From an uncultured bacterium (GTDB lineage: Bacteria; Chlamydiota; Chlamydiia; Chlamydiales; JAJFMA01): a stretch of DNA of 53,415 nt. Under the pieces are notes generated by a model, which saw only the letters and a list, made by a program, of their open reading frames with translations, searched no databases and was not told where the DNA came from. The position numbers were made by a program, and so were the translations under genes. This document shows positions 29,738 to 40,265 of the stretch, in pieces (within the stretch, counting starts at the first letter, position 1; every line of letters begins with the position of its first letter). The stretch is from positions 1-53,415 of the forward strand of contig CAYUJS010000007.1 of assembly GCA_964445105.1 (NCBI GenBank), in the 5' to 3' direction.

Positions 29738-31024
29738 GTGTCAGCAGGGAGCTCAAATGGAGGGAATTTGCTTATGGAGGGCGGCGGTGTTTCAGGACAG
29801 AGCGATCCAGATGTTTTACTGAGTAAGTTGGGGGCGGATCTTAGCACCCAATGGGCACAAGCGGTGGCCGACGAAGCCGAGCGCACACGCGAGCGGATGA
29901 AAAAGGACTCAATCAACAAAGCGGAAGCTGACCCCAGCGCTATGGCGATGATTCCGGCAGGCTTGGTGATCGTGGAGCTACAAGCTCCTAGCTCAAGCGG
30001 GGATGGCGCAAAGGAGGTGGGGGCTGTGCTGAGCGCGCACCAGCCTGTGGGCAGACAAAGCGTGGGGCCCAAAGGCAAACTAGATGTATCTCAAAACGAG
30101 GATGTGTTTCATCGGGTGGGCGAAGGCCAGCTTATGTCTTTGATTACCTCCGTCCTCACGCAGTGGGGAGAGAGTGTAAAACAGACTGGCGCAGCACAGG
30201 ACAGAGTCGATAAAGAGCGCGCACAAGTTGCATTTAACCAGTTTGTAGATGAGGTGAGACAGCAAGGTTCTGCGTATCCGCACTATTTTGACAGCCACGT
30301 GATCATCTCGACGATGATCATGGCCACGGGTTTACTGGGCGTTGTCGAAGGCTCGAGTAAGGTCACCGATGACTTTAAAGGCAGTTTCAAGGCACTGGAG
30401 CAAGGGGCCAATGTCACAGCTAAGCTTGTTCCCGACGATATGCGTGCGGAATTGGGCCTGCTGGGAGCCATGATGCTGGCTAGCGCTGTGCCCTATTCGG
30501 CCGCCTGGCTTACCGTTTCCAAGCCAGAAAAATCCGAGCCCGGCGAAGAAAACATCAATAAGGCGTTTGTTAAAAATTATGCGGACCGAATGATTAAGCT
30601 TACCTCCGACGAAAATTATACCAACTACCTTAAAGCAATCGTCACCCTACACATCGAGGGGACGCCAACGAGTGAGACACAGATAGCCCAGTATGTGAAT
30701 ATGCTGAAGGTAGGGCTTTTGATGACCTCCTTGGCGCTGTTCTGCCAGCTGGAGACAGGGGATCGCCCTGGCGAACGGGTGGCCAGTATGCTGGGGGGTT
30801 CTAAACCGATCCCAGAAAACGATCCTAAGGCATCTTTATTGAAGACGATTAAGCTCTATCTGGATTCGCTTACGCTGGCGCAGCGCGTGGATGTGCTCTC
30901 AGCCGTGATGGAGTATTTGGACAGCAAACCCAACGTGAAAACCTTGATGAATCCCTTGGCTACTTTTACAGGGTTGCGTGACGCAGGCGCTTTTGCCGAA
31001 AGTCAGCGCCCGACGCCAGCGTAA
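29738..31024 (+). CDS. Hypothetical helical protein (start may be the ATG at 29774)
   Basis: 428-codon ORF, S/G-rich N-terminus, internal hydrophobic segments, no recognised motif. Confidence 0.7.
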   Translation: MSAGSSNGGNLLMEGGGVSGQSDPDVLLSKLGADLSTQWAQAVADEAERTRERMKKDSINKAEADPSAMAMIPAGLVIVELQAPSSSGDGAKEVGAVLSAHQPVGRQSVGPKGKLDVSQNEDVFHRVGEGQLMSLITSVLTQWGESVKQTGAAQDRVDKERAQVAFNQFVDEVRQQGSAYPHYFDSHVIISTMIMATGLLGVVEGSSKVTDDFKGSFKALEQGANVTAKLVPDDMRAELGLLGAMMLASAVPYSAAWLTVSKPEKSEPGEENINKAFVKNYADRMIKLTSDENYTNYLKAIVTLHIEGTPTSETQIAQYVNMLKVGLLMTSLALFCQLETGDRPGERVASMLGGSKPIPENDPKASLLKTIKLYLDSLTLAQRVDVLSAVMEYLDSKPNVKTLMNPLATFTGLRDAGAFAESQRPTPA

Positions 31025-31026
31025 AG

Positions 31027-32301
31027 TTAGGGAAGAATTTTTTCTAATCCACCTAGATAGGGCCTGAGGGCTTTTGGCACCACTACCGAGCCATCGGCTT
31101 GCTGGTTGTTCTCTAACAGAGACACCATTAATCGCGAGGTGGCCAGCCCAGAGCCATTCAAGGTGTGCACGAGCTCGGGCTTTTCGCCTTTGCGCCGGAA
31201 GCGGGTGCGTGAGCGCCGCGCTTGGTAGTCTGTGCAATTGGAAATAGAGGATACCTCGTAGTAGCGATTCTGTCCGGGTAGCCAGCACTCTACATCGAGA
31301 GTGCGCGCGGCCCCAAAGGACATGTCGCCCGTCACCAACAGCATGTTGCGGTAGTGCAGCTCCAGACCTTGCAAGATCTGCTCTGCGCTGTGTACCATGA
31401 GCTGAAACATCTCCATGCTATCTTCTGGGCGGCAGAAGATGAACATTTCAACCTTATTGAACTGGTGCACGCGGATTAGCCCGCGCTCCCGCTCGCCGGC
31501 TGCGCCTGCTTCACGGCGGAAGCAGGGGGTATACGCTGTGTATTTAAGAGGTAGCTTTTCTTCGTCCAAAATTTCATCGATGTGCAGGCCGTTGAGAGGT
31601 ACTTCCGCTGTAGGAATCATGTAAAAGGGGTAGTCGGCGTCATCGAGCTTGTATTGCTGGTTTTCAAACTTCGGCAGTTGTCCGGACGCAAAAAGAACAT
31701 CTGGCTTCACAACCAAAGGCAGCATCCATTGGGTGAAGCCATTTTTGATGTGCGTGTCAAGCATGTAGTTAATAAGCGCCCACTCTAGACGCGCGCCCAG
31801 ACCGCGGTAAATCGGCCAGCCAGAGCCCGTGAGTTTTGTTCCTCGCTCGAAATCAAAAAGCTTAAGGGCTTCCCCCAGTTCCATGTGGTTTTTAGGTACA
31901 AAATCAAACTTGCGTTGTTGGCCGAAGCTGCTGATTTCCTGATTATCATTCTTGTCGGGCGATACCTTGACATCTTCCATGGGCAGGTTAGGAAGTTTTG
32001 CCAGCTCGTGCGTGAATTGCTCTTCCCAGGTGCGCAGGCTATGGTCGAGTTGAGAGATCTCTTCGCCGGCAGCGTGCGCTTCATTCATTAGCGCGGTAGC
32101 GTCTCCTTGTTGGCGTTTGATGTCGCCGACGCGTTTCGAAATTTCATTGCGGGCTGCCTTTAAAGCCTCTGCGCGCGTCTTTGCCTCGCGGATCTTTTCA
32201 TCTAGTTCGCAAACGAGCGCAAGGGAGATGTCCGCCTCTTTGGTGCGCAACTTGCGTTCGATGAGGTCGCGATTTTGTCGAATGAGCTTGATGTCCAACA
32301 T
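31027..32301 (-). CDS. serS: Serine--tRNA ligase
   Basis: MLDIKLIR, PTAEVP, TPCFRREAG, GLIRVHQFNKVEM, EVSSISNCTDYQARR, HTLNGSGLA. Confidence 0.98.
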   Translation of the reverse strand: MLDIKLIRQNRDLIERKLRTKEADISLALVCELDEKIREAKTRAEALKAARNEISKRVGDIKRQQGDATALMNEAHAAGEEISQLDHSLRTWEEQFTHELAKLPNLPMEDVKVSPDKNDNQEISSFGQQRKFDFVPKNHMELGEALKLFDFERGTKLTGSGWPIYRGLGARLEWALINYMLDTHIKNGFTQWMLPLVVKPDVLFASGQLPKFENQQYKLDDADYPFYMIPTAEVPLNGLHIDEILDEEKLPLKYTAYTPCFRREAGAAGERERGLIRVHQFNKVEMFIFCRPEDSMEMFQLMVHSAEQILQGLELHYRNMLLVTGDMSFGAARTLDVECWLPGQNRYYEVSSISNCTDYQARRSRTRFRRKGEKPELVHTLNGSGLATSRLMVSLLENNQQADGSVVVPKALRPYLGGLEKILP

Positions 32302-32427
32302 GCCTACTTCTCCTAATAAGAGATCAAAAACTAGTATGCCCAATAGCATAAGAAAAGTCGAGACGGATATGTGAGCGAGCCTTCCTAAAAATAAGGAGCG
32401 ACCCGACGTTGAGATCTGCCTGTATCT

Positions 32428-35400
32428 ATGCTATACTGCCCGAATATGCATAGATTTCCTGAGCCATTAGTACCGTATTATTCTCAAGCACAAGAACTTG
32501 TGAAATCTTTCGCTGTGCGCGATATCGATTTTTCGGGCTCCACTTACCAGATATTGGTCGATGGCGGCGACGCAGGCGAGGTCTGGGCCTTCCTTCAGCT
32601 CGACGATCGAGGCGTGGCTAAGGATTTCTTTTGTGAGTGCGACCAGTTCGACCAGCAAGGGGGCTGCCTTCATGTAGCGACGGGCTATCTTCGCGTGACG
32701 CAGCCCGAACCGTTGCATCGCCGATTTGAAAAGTCTCTTTGGACGCATCTTTGCAAGCTTTACGCCGAAGAGTCGGAATATTACCCGCGCGCACTCGCAT
32801 GGGTATCTAAAACTACGTGTGAATACGTATCTTCTTCAGACGAGCTTCTGGTGAAGATGCACACCACCACGGAAGAGGCTACCGATAAGCTACAGGAGAT
32901 GACTGAAGAGCGCCGTAAAGAGACAGAAGAGACTTCGCTGAAGTTCTCAAACCTTTCCCAAGAGGAGTTGGCGGAGTATGAGTCAGGTAAACTCAGCCCA
33001 CAGCTTTCCTTTCATCTTTCCGCCTGGTATGACATTGCTAAATGGTTATTTCTAAAGCAGGACACCGGAGTTCCCTACTCCATCAGCTTTGATAGTTCGC
33101 CTAAAGGCATCCCCTGTGCAATCCACGCTATTTTTGCAGACGTGGAGCTTTTTTTCTCTCTTAGCGAAGAAATGCTAGTCAGCGTCATTCCTGCGCTAGC
33201 CACGGTGGACTCTTCACTGGCTGTCCAGGATGCGGGCGATGAGATTATCCGCACTTTGTTCTATGATAAAAAAACGGGCGTGATCGAGCTACAGGTGGAT
33301 GACACCATGCTGGCTTCCAATGAGCGCCAGCTGGCACAGCGCGTTAATAAACAGAGCGCACAGTTGGTTGGTGCATGGACCTATTTACCGGGCGATGGAT
33401 TTTATCGACAGAGCAAAGGGTCGCTCCTATCGCAGCCTCGGTTGGAAGGTAACCAGCTTAGTGAACTGTTCCGCGACCACTTCCAGATGGTATCCAATTG
33501 TTTGCAAGGAGCCATGCTTCACGCGGAACCCATCGAGCTTTCCTATGACCTATCCTTTGATGTTCAATGGTGCTTGCGCGTGGCGGCGTATGCCTTTCAG
33601 CCAGGTGACCTGCAGAGTGACTTTGCACGCGATTTTGGAGACTGGGTTTATCTTGACGGCGACGGCTTCTATCGCACGCTAAGCCGGCGGTTTCCGCAAC
33701 TTCTCACAGTTGTTCCTCTGTTAGAGGTGGCTGATTTTGTGACACAGCACCAGTTATGGCTGGGAACGATCGAAGGCTTTTCGACCCATCTGATCGCGCT
33801 CGAAGCACAGCTCACTTATCATCTCGATCAGCAGCAGCGACTTGTCTTCTCCAATAAAAATCTGCCCGACAGCGCAGCAATCCTGCAAAAAGACTTTGGG
33901 CGTTGGGTGTATGTCTCTGGACAGGGCTTTTACCCCAAGGCGGGTGGGACAATCTTTAAGTCGGCGGTACACGCTGGTGTGGTTATTCCCCCTCCGGAAA
34001 TCTCTAGCTTCATCCGTAAATATCAGGAGGAGTTAGCGCTGATCCCAGGATTCTACTGCGAGAGCTGTCCTGTGGCGCGCACCTATCTAAGCGTTGAGCT
34101 AGATAGTAGAGAACGCATTCAGGTAAATCCTATCTATGAGGCAACACTGCCCTATGTAGACAGGGAGATCCTATTCTTTGACGATGTGGCCTACGTGGAA
34201 AAAGCGGGTTTTTATCGCTTGCCAGCCGACAAACAGTTGCCAGAAGCCTATCATTTTCCTGTAACGGTTAAGAAGGATAAATTAGTAGATTTCTTGACCG
34301 TAGATATCGAAATGTTAAAAAAATATTCACATGAAATCGATCCCCGGCTGCAGCGCCCGCATACGATTCGCCTTGTGATGGACGAAGTCGAGCGGCGCGA
34401 AGATCTTGGACGCGGCTGGTACTGTACCACGATGTATTGTCACACTGAGCGCGGCAATATGCCTTTGGCGGATGTGTGGGCTCATATCGATAAAAAGAAA
34501 AGGTTTTTGTTTTCCGCCATTGGTCTTTTAGACCTATCTGAAGAAAAGTTTCAGTGGCTGAGCTCTCTCTCAGACAAAGCTGTCGATGTTAAAAATAACC
34601 GATTTCTCGTCACCTTACTCGACGTGGCGCGTCTTCAGGCAATGGGACAGGTGGAGGCTCAAAAAAGCGATCAGCAGGGATCTGAAATACACCACAGGTT
34701 ACATAGCCTCTTAGATTTTAAAGAAGAGATTCCGCCAGATATTTCTGGTTTAACGAGTACGCTGCGCCCGTATCAGATAGCTGGCGTGAGTTGGCTATGG
34801 CACCTCTATGAAAATGGCCTTTCCGGCATGCTCTGCGATGATATGGGTCTGGGCAAAACGCACCAGGCCATGGCCTTAATGGCAGCGCTTGCTAACCGCG
34901 GCGTACTTTCTAAAGTGGTTGTGATTTGTCCCACCTCTGTTCTTTACCATTGGGAAGAAAAAATTCACGCCTACCTACAAGGCTGGAAGGTGTTCACCTA
35001 CCATGGGGTAGAGCGTCAGTTAGAGGATTATGAAGACTCCACAGATGTTTTTTTGACCTCTTATGGAATTTGGCGCAGAGATGCCGAGAAACTGAAAAAG
35101 CTGTCGTTCGATCTGGTTGTGTTCGACGAAATTCAGGTGGCTAAAAACCATTCTAGTCGTCTACACCACTCTCTCAGAGAGGTGAAAGCAACCATGCGTA
35201 TTGGCCTCACGGGGACGCCGATCGAAAATCACCTTCTGGAACTAAAATCGCTTTTCGATCTAGTTTTGCCTGGCTATATGCCCCCAGAAAAGCGCTACCG
35301 CGAATTTTTCCTCAGACCTATCGAAAAAGAACAAGATCCTACTAAGCGCGAGATGCTGACGCGCCTCATCAAACCCTTTGTGCTTAGACGCAAGAAGGGC

Positions 35401-36210
35401 GAGGTGCTGCGAGATCTGCCGGAAAAAACGGAAGAAGTTTTTCATTGCGGTATGAGCCCTGAACAGCAAACGCTCTATAACGAAGTATTGCAGCGCTCCC
35501 GCCAGCGCCTTTTAGACGACCTGGCAGACTCTAACAAAGCCGTCCCTTACGTGCATATCTTTGCCGTCTTGTCGCAGCTCAAACAGATTTGCAACCATCC
35601 CGCTGCTTTCCTCAAGGATGTGCAAAACTATCAGAAACACCAATCAGGTAAGTGGAATCTGTTCATCGAACTACTGAACGAAGCGCGCGCCAGCGGACAG
35701 AAAGTGGTTATCTTTAGCCAGTATTTGGCTATGTTGGATCTATTCGAAGTCTATTTCAAAGGGCAGCAGGTGGGTTTTGCATCGGTGCGCGGCGCTACAG
35801 TAGATCGCGCCTCTGAAATCCGTCGCTTCAACAATGAGCCGCACTGCGAAGTGTTCCTAGGCTCGCTGCAGGCCGTTGGCCTCGGCGTCGATTTAACCGC
35901 CGGTAGTGTGGTGATTCACTATGACCGCTGGTGGAACGCCGCGCGCGAAAATCAGGCCACTGATCGTGTCCACCGCATCGGCCAAACGCGCGGCGTACAG
36001 GTGTTTAAACTGGTTACCAAAAATACCTTTGAAGAACGCATTGACGAGCTTATTACGAAAAAAGGCCGTCTCATGGAAGAAGTGGTCTCTGCCGATCCGG
36101 AAGATGTGGTGAAGCGTCTGGATCGCCACGAGCTGATGGAACTTCTACAGGAAATCCAAGAAACCCATGACGCCAGTTCCGATGCCGGCCAAGAGAGCAG
36201 TGAAGATTAG
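32428..36210 (+). CDS. SWIM zinc finger / SNF2-family helicase
   Basis: CECD..GCLH (SWIM), LRPYQ, LCDDMGLGKT, FDEIQ, LTGTPIEN, YDRWWNAARENQATDRVHRIGQ. Confidence 0.95.
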   Translation: MLYCPNMHRFPEPLVPYYSQAQELVKSFAVRDIDFSGSTYQILVDGGDAGEVWAFLQLDDRGVAKDFFCECDQFDQQGGCLHVATGYLRVTQPEPLHRRFEKSLWTHLCKLYAEESEYYPRALAWVSKTTCEYVSSSDELLVKMHTTTEEATDKLQEMTEERRKETEETSLKFSNLSQEELAEYESGKLSPQLSFHLSAWYDIAKWLFLKQDTGVPYSISFDSSPKGIPCAIHAIFADVELFFSLSEEMLVSVIPALATVDSSLAVQDAGDEIIRTLFYDKKTGVIELQVDDTMLASNERQLAQRVNKQSAQLVGAWTYLPGDGFYRQSKGSLLSQPRLEGNQLSELFRDHFQMVSNCLQGAMLHAEPIELSYDLSFDVQWCLRVAAYAFQPGDLQSDFARDFGDWVYLDGDGFYRTLSRRFPQLLTVVPLLEVADFVTQHQLWLGTIEGFSTHLIALEAQLTYHLDQQQRLVFSNKNLPDSAAILQKDFGRWVYVSGQGFYPKAGGTIFKSAVHAGVVIPPPEISSFIRKYQEELALIPGFYCESCPVARTYLSVELDSRERIQVNPIYEATLPYVDREILFFDDVAYVEKAGFYRLPADKQLPEAYHFPVTVKKDKLVDFLTVDIEMLKKYSHEIDPRLQRPHTIRLVMDEVERREDLGRGWYCTTMYCHTERGNMPLADVWAHIDKKKRFLFSAIGLLDLSEEKFQWLSSLSDKAVDVKNNRFLVTLLDVARLQAMGQVEAQKSDQQGSEIHHRLHSLLDFKEEIPPDISGLTSTLRPYQIAGVSWLWHLYENGLSGMLCDDMGLGKTHQAMALMAALANRGVLSKVVVICPTSVLYHWEEKIHAYLQGWKVFTYHGVERQLEDYEDSTDVFLTSYGIWRRDAEKLKKLSFDLVVFDEIQVAKNHSSRLHHSLREVKATMRIGLTGTPIENHLLELKSLFDLVLPGYMPPEKRYREFFLRPIEKEQDPTKREMLTRLIKPFVLRRKKGEVLRDLPEKTEEVFHCGMSPEQQTLYNEVLQRSRQRLLDDLADSNKAVPYVHIFAVLSQLKQICNHPAAFLKDVQNYQKHQSGKWNLFIELLNEARASGQKVVIFSQYLAMLDLFEVYFKGQQVGFASVRGATVDRASEIRRFNNEPHCEVFLGSLQAVGLGVDLTAGSVVIHYDRWWNAARENQATDRVHRIGQTRGVQVFKLVTKNTFEERIDELITKKGRLMEEVVSADPEDVVKRLDRHELMELLQEIQETHDASSDAGQESSED

Positions 36211-36243
36211 CCTGCAGGATTGTCGGTAAATTCGCTGAAGCTG
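36207..36243 (+). repeat. Repeat family B copy (37 bp), directly repeated at 36701-36737
   Basis: TTAGCCTGCAGGATTGTCGGTAAATTCGCTGAAGCTG versus TTAGCTTACAGGAGTGTCGGTAAATTCGCTGAAGCTG (34/37 identical); degenerate inverted copy at ~36430-36465. Confidence 0.75.
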
Positions 36244-36252
36244 CCCCCAAGC

Positions 36253-36408
36253 CAGCAGTTCTCGCTAAAAAAAGGGAACCGACGGGCTCCGGGGCAGCCA
36301 TCAGCCTCATTTTGCTCCTCACCTGTAACTTCGGCTACGAATTCGTCGCAAACTGAGCCTACTGTCAGCCCTCGCTGAGCTGGTTTCTTCTTTTAGCGGG
36401 AGCCGCTG
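36253..36408 (+). repeat. Dispersed palindromic repeat family A, full-length copy (~156 bp)
   Basis: Terminal inverted repeats CAGCAGTTCTCGCTAAAA / TTTTAGCGGGAGCCGCTG; internal GCTACGAATTCGTCGCAAACT core shared with the other copies. Confidence 0.85.
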
Positions 36409-36700
36409 TCCCCAGGCTCTCCTTGAACCTGAGCTTATGCGAAAAAATCAGCGACAATCCTAGGCCCTGCAAATAACGATCGCGACTTAGGGTTTGCCTA
36501 TATCGACCTGAACTCTATCGAGCAGTCAGAACCCAGATCCGTGGGTGCAGAGCACCGCATGCTACAAATGGCCCGGCGGAATTTCAGGAGCTAGGGCTGT
36601 TAAAAACAGACGCTGCTGTAGCCCTGGGTATAGTCCGCTAGAATTAGTCCAAACACCAGAAAGTCAGGAGTTTTGATGCCGGTCAATATAAAGGCGAGGG

Positions 36701-38152
36701 TTAGCTTACAGGAGTGTCGGTAAATTCGCTGAAGCTGTCTCCCTCAAAGTCATCCTGTACTTCCACCTCTCTTCTCCAGGCCTCTTGCTGCTTAGGCGTG
36801 GGTACGCCGGTATGCTCGCGCAGTTTTTTGCCTTTGAGGTGAAAGAAGATAGGCGCTCCAATCAGACCGAATTTATCCCTAAACTGATTCATGAGATAAC
36901 GTAGGTAGGAGGGGTTCATCAGATCGAGTTTGTTGATGAAGAGCACAAATTGAGGGGGCTCTGTAGCAACCTGCGTCATATAGTAGATGCGTAGCCGTTT
37001 ACCTCTGATCATCGGCGGATGGTTGCGCATGATGGCCGCTTCGATAAACTTATTGAGAGTGTGCGTGGTGATGCGCGTACGCGCATTTTTGTACACCTCT
37101 TGGATCGAGGGGAAAATCTTATCGACATTGCGCCCTGAGGAGGCAGACATGACGAAAATCGGACAGTGGGCGAGGAAGGGCATCTCTTCGCGAATGCCTC
37201 TCAGGCAGTGCTCCATCAGGATGCCTTTCACCAGATCCCACTTATTCACGAGAATGATGCAGCCCTTCTTCAATTCATGAACGAGATTGGCGATTTTTTT
37301 GTCTTGGCTGGTAACCCCTTCTGTTGCATCGAGGAGCATTAGGCAAACGTCCGAGCGAGAGATGGCTCGCTCTGTGCGAATGGCGGCAAATTTGTCGACG
37401 ACCTCATGCTCGGCGCGCTTGCGGCGGATACCGGCGGTATCGATGAAGGTGAATAGCTGTCCCTCTTGCTCTACAACGGCATCGATGCTGTCGCGTGTGG
37501 TGCCCGGGACCGGGCTTACGATGGCGCGTTCCTCGCCGAGCAGGTAGTTTAGCAGCGAGGATTTACCTACGTTGGGTTTGCCCACGATGGCCACCCGGAC
37601 AGAATCTATTTCAGGCTCTTCTTGTCGCTCAGGTACATCTGTAAGAGCCATTTCAAGCAATTCAGCAATATGCCAGCCCTGAGCGGCTGAGACGGAGATC
37701 ATCCGTGCGATGCCAAGGCCCATGAACTCATACTTCAGCGATTCATTGGTCTGAGAGTCGACTTTGTTCACGGCGAGACATAGAGGTTTCTGTATTTTAT
37801 GCAGGTGCCGCGAAAGCTCTAGATCCAGAGGGGTGATGCCAATTGTCGCGTCGACCACCATGATGATAGAGTCGGCCTCTTGGATAGCAATTGCCGCTTG
37901 ATTGCGGATGGCCTCTTGGTACGTCTCGGTTGAGTGATGGTCGATTCCGCCGGTGTCAATCACTTGAAACGGCTTCCCGAAAAAGTCCGCTTCGGCGTAC
38001 AAGCGGTCTCGCGTGATGCCTTCCGCTTCGTCAACGATAGCGATCCGCTTTTTGCAGATCCGGTTAAATAGGGCCGATTTTCCCACGTTGGGGCGCCCGA
38101 CGATGGCTATTCGGGGCAAGGAGGTTTTTTGTGGTTTCATGGAAGATAGCAT
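36701..38152 (-). CDS. der: Ribosome biogenesis GTPase Der (EngA)
   Basis: Two G-domains (GRPNVGKS, GKPNVGKS; DTGG/DTAG; NKVD/NKWD) and a KH-like C-terminus. Confidence 0.98.
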   Translation of the reverse strand: MLSSMKPQKTSLPRIAIVGRPNVGKSALFNRICKKRIAIVDEAEGITRDRLYAEADFFGKPFQVIDTGGIDHHSTETYQEAIRNQAAIAIQEADSIIMVVDATIGITPLDLELSRHLHKIQKPLCLAVNKVDSQTNESLKYEFMGLGIARMISVSAAQGWHIAELLEMALTDVPERQEEPEIDSVRVAIVGKPNVGKSSLLNYLLGEERAIVSPVPGTTRDSIDAVVEQEGQLFTFIDTAGIRRKRAEHEVVDKFAAIRTERAISRSDVCLMLLDATEGVTSQDKKIANLVHELKKGCIILVNKWDLVKGILMEHCLRGIREEMPFLAHCPIFVMSASSGRNVDKIFPSIQEVYKNARTRITTHTLNKFIEAAIMRNHPPMIRGKRLRIYYMTQVATEPPQFVLFINKLDLMNPSYLRYLMNQFRDKFGLIGAPIFFHLKGKKLREHTGVPTPKQQEAWRREVEVQDDFEGDSFSEFTDTPVS

Positions 38153-38231
38153 AACAGAAGAGGTGATTTAACTTGAAGAAAATCCCGCAACGAAGGATGC
38201 TAAGGTTCTGATATCCAAAACAATGTGATCA

Positions 38232-40103
38232 TTGATGCAGTCGGTTTCGCCCAGCGAACACATCTCTCTATCTCCATTGAAGGAAGATCTTAAGAGTTAT
38301 TCTTTTAGAAAGCTCCATCTGGATGTGGTTGCAGGTCTTACAGTGGCCCTGATGACTATTCCGCAGGCGATGGCCTATGCGGTACTGGCTGGGCTACCCT
38401 TAAGCTGTGGGTTATTTTCAGCCGTTTTTGGAGGTTTTTTCGCGGCTTTGTTGGGTTCTTCGCGCCACCTCGTGGTGGGGCCTACCAACGCGATTGCCAT
38501 TCTTGTGCAAGCAGGTACGGCCGAGATTTTGTACACCTTCTATCGCGATGTCACCGGGCCTGCGCGTGAGCTATTGGCAGTCCAGGTTTTGGCGCAATTG
38601 ACCTTGCTGGTCGGCATTTTTCAAGTGCTAGCTGCCGTCTTTAAGTTAGGCCGGCTGACGCAGTTTGTCAGCCAGGCGGTCGTGGTGGGCTATATGACGG
38701 GGACTGCGGTGGCGCTAGTGGTCAGTCAGATGTTTGTCTTTTTGGGGATGGAGGCGCCCCCGGGCGTGCTGTCGCTTTACCACAAAGTCCTGTATATCAT
38801 TCAGCATCCCCAAGATTACCATTGGCCGACTATTTGGATCGGTTTGGCCAGTTTGATCTTTTTAATTGGCATGAAGCGTGTGCGGTGGCCCAACGCTGCA
38901 GCCGCCTTGATGCTGGTCATCGCAGGGGCGACCATCTACTTTTTGGCGCTTTCCGCCTATCCCTGGCCTGATATGCTGGACCCGTATGCCGAAGAGTATG
39001 TGACGAAGATCCGTTTGGTGGGTATGGAGGGCAAAATCTTTGGCCTGCTGCCAGCGATGGCTTGGCCCGGCCTTGAGCCGATGATTTTGAGCAAATTGAT
39101 CACGATAGCGTTTGCAATTGCTCTTTTGGGAATGTTGGAAAGCAGCGCGGTGAGTAAGTCGATTGCCGCAGAATCCGGACAGACCTTGGCGATCAACCAG
39201 GAAATTTTTGGTCTGGGGGTGGGCAATACGCTGGCCGCTTTTTTCGGAGGGATGCCGGCAGCGGGGAGCCCCTCGCGCAGCTTGCTCAACTACCGATCCG
39301 GTGGCGTTACCCGCTTTGCTGCAATATTCAGTGCAGCAGTAGTGTTTCTTATTGCCTTTACCTTGGGTTATTTTATTAGCTTTATCCCTCTTGCGGTCTT
39401 GGCGGCGCTTTCTTTTGTGACGGCGGCAGGCTTGGTCAACGTCCGGTGCGTAATGATGTGTCTGAAGGCAACCCGCTCCGATGCGTTTGTGCTTATAATG
39501 ACTGTTGCTTCTTGCTTCTTTTTTAGCGTCGACATTGCCTTCTACATAGGGATTGTCCTTTCTGTCATTTTTTATCTCAACAAAGCGTCTCACCCGCAGC
39601 TCTTTGAGTATGCTTCTCGCGATGTTGCTATTGAGCCCTTGCGCGATACCGGGATTCTTGTCATCAACGTGCATGGTGAACTGTTTTTTGGTGCGGCTGA
39701 CCTGTTCCAGAGCGCTCTTAAAGCGCTAGCCGATCGCGATGATCAGCTGCGCGTGATTATTTTGCGCCTCAAACACGCGCGCGATATCGATGCAACCACC
39801 TGTATAGCTCTATTACATCTTTACAGGTACCTCAGGGGCCAGAAGATGCATCTGCTTGTCTGTAGTATCCCCGAAGGTCCGTGGCATGTCATGCTCAACT
39901 CTGGCGTGATTGACGAGGTCGGCTCGGAAAATTTTTTCATTCACGATTGGAAAGCTCCCAGCGCCAGCATGGACCAAGCATTGGTGCGGGCGCGGGCAGT
40001 TTTGCGCCAAGATGAATCTGCAGGGCACTCTGCGTGCCCGAGTGCGCAGCCTGTTTGCAGAGATTCGCTGACTGTCGTGCACGTCACGGCCGCTTTGGAT
40101 TGA
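38232..40103 (+). CDS. SulP/SLC26 anion transporter with STAS domain
   Basis: AGLTVALMTIPQAMAYAVLAGLP, GSSRHLVVGPT, GSPSRS, STAS GELFFGAAD..IDAT. Confidence 0.95.
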   Translation: MMQSVSPSEHISLSPLKEDLKSYSFRKLHLDVVAGLTVALMTIPQAMAYAVLAGLPLSCGLFSAVFGGFFAALLGSSRHLVVGPTNAIAILVQAGTAEILYTFYRDVTGPARELLAVQVLAQLTLLVGIFQVLAAVFKLGRLTQFVSQAVVVGYMTGTAVALVVSQMFVFLGMEAPPGVLSLYHKVLYIIQHPQDYHWPTIWIGLASLIFLIGMKRVRWPNAAAALMLVIAGATIYFLALSAYPWPDMLDPYAEEYVTKIRLVGMEGKIFGLLPAMAWPGLEPMILSKLITIAFAIALLGMLESSAVSKSIAAESGQTLAINQEIFGLGVGNTLAAFFGGMPAAGSPSRSLLNYRSGGVTRFAAIFSAAVVFLIAFTLGYFISFIPLAVLAALSFVTAAGLVNVRCVMMCLKATRSDAFVLIMTVASCFFFSVDIAFYIGIVLSVIFYLNKASHPQLFEYASRDVAIEPLRDTGILVINVHGELFFGAADLFQSALKALADRDDQLRVIILRLKHARDIDATTCIALLHLYRYLRGQKMHLLVCSIPEGPWHVMLNSGVIDEVGSENFFIHDWKAPSASMDQALVRARAVLRQDESAGHSACPSAQPVCRDSLTVVHVTAALD

Positions 40104-40138
40104 TGTTAAATCTACGATAGCGGGCCGTAGATGACAGT

Positions 40139-40265
40139 CAGCAGTTCCAAAAAAAGCTCACAGCATGCTTAGTTTGTGACGAATCCGTAACCTTGGCTAC
40201 GGATGAGGAAAGATGAGGTCGGCTGTCCTGGTGCTAGTCGGCTTCTTTTTTGGCGGGAGCTGCTG
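40139..40265 (-). repeat. Dispersed palindromic repeat family A, reverse-orientation copy
   Basis: CAGCAGTTCCAAAAAAAG...TAGTTTGTGACGAATCCGTAACCTTGGCTACGGATGAGG...CTTTTTTGGCGGGAGCTGCTG. Confidence 0.75.

Noticed and set aside
36253-36408. Repeat A considered as a tRNA or hammerhead ribozyme
   Set aside because: No T-loop GTTCRA/CCA cloverleaf and no conserved CUGANGA/GAAA core across the copies.
40203-40265. Apparent ATG start and first residues of the Rpn ORF
   Set aside because: They fall within repeat A and are not Rpn sequence.
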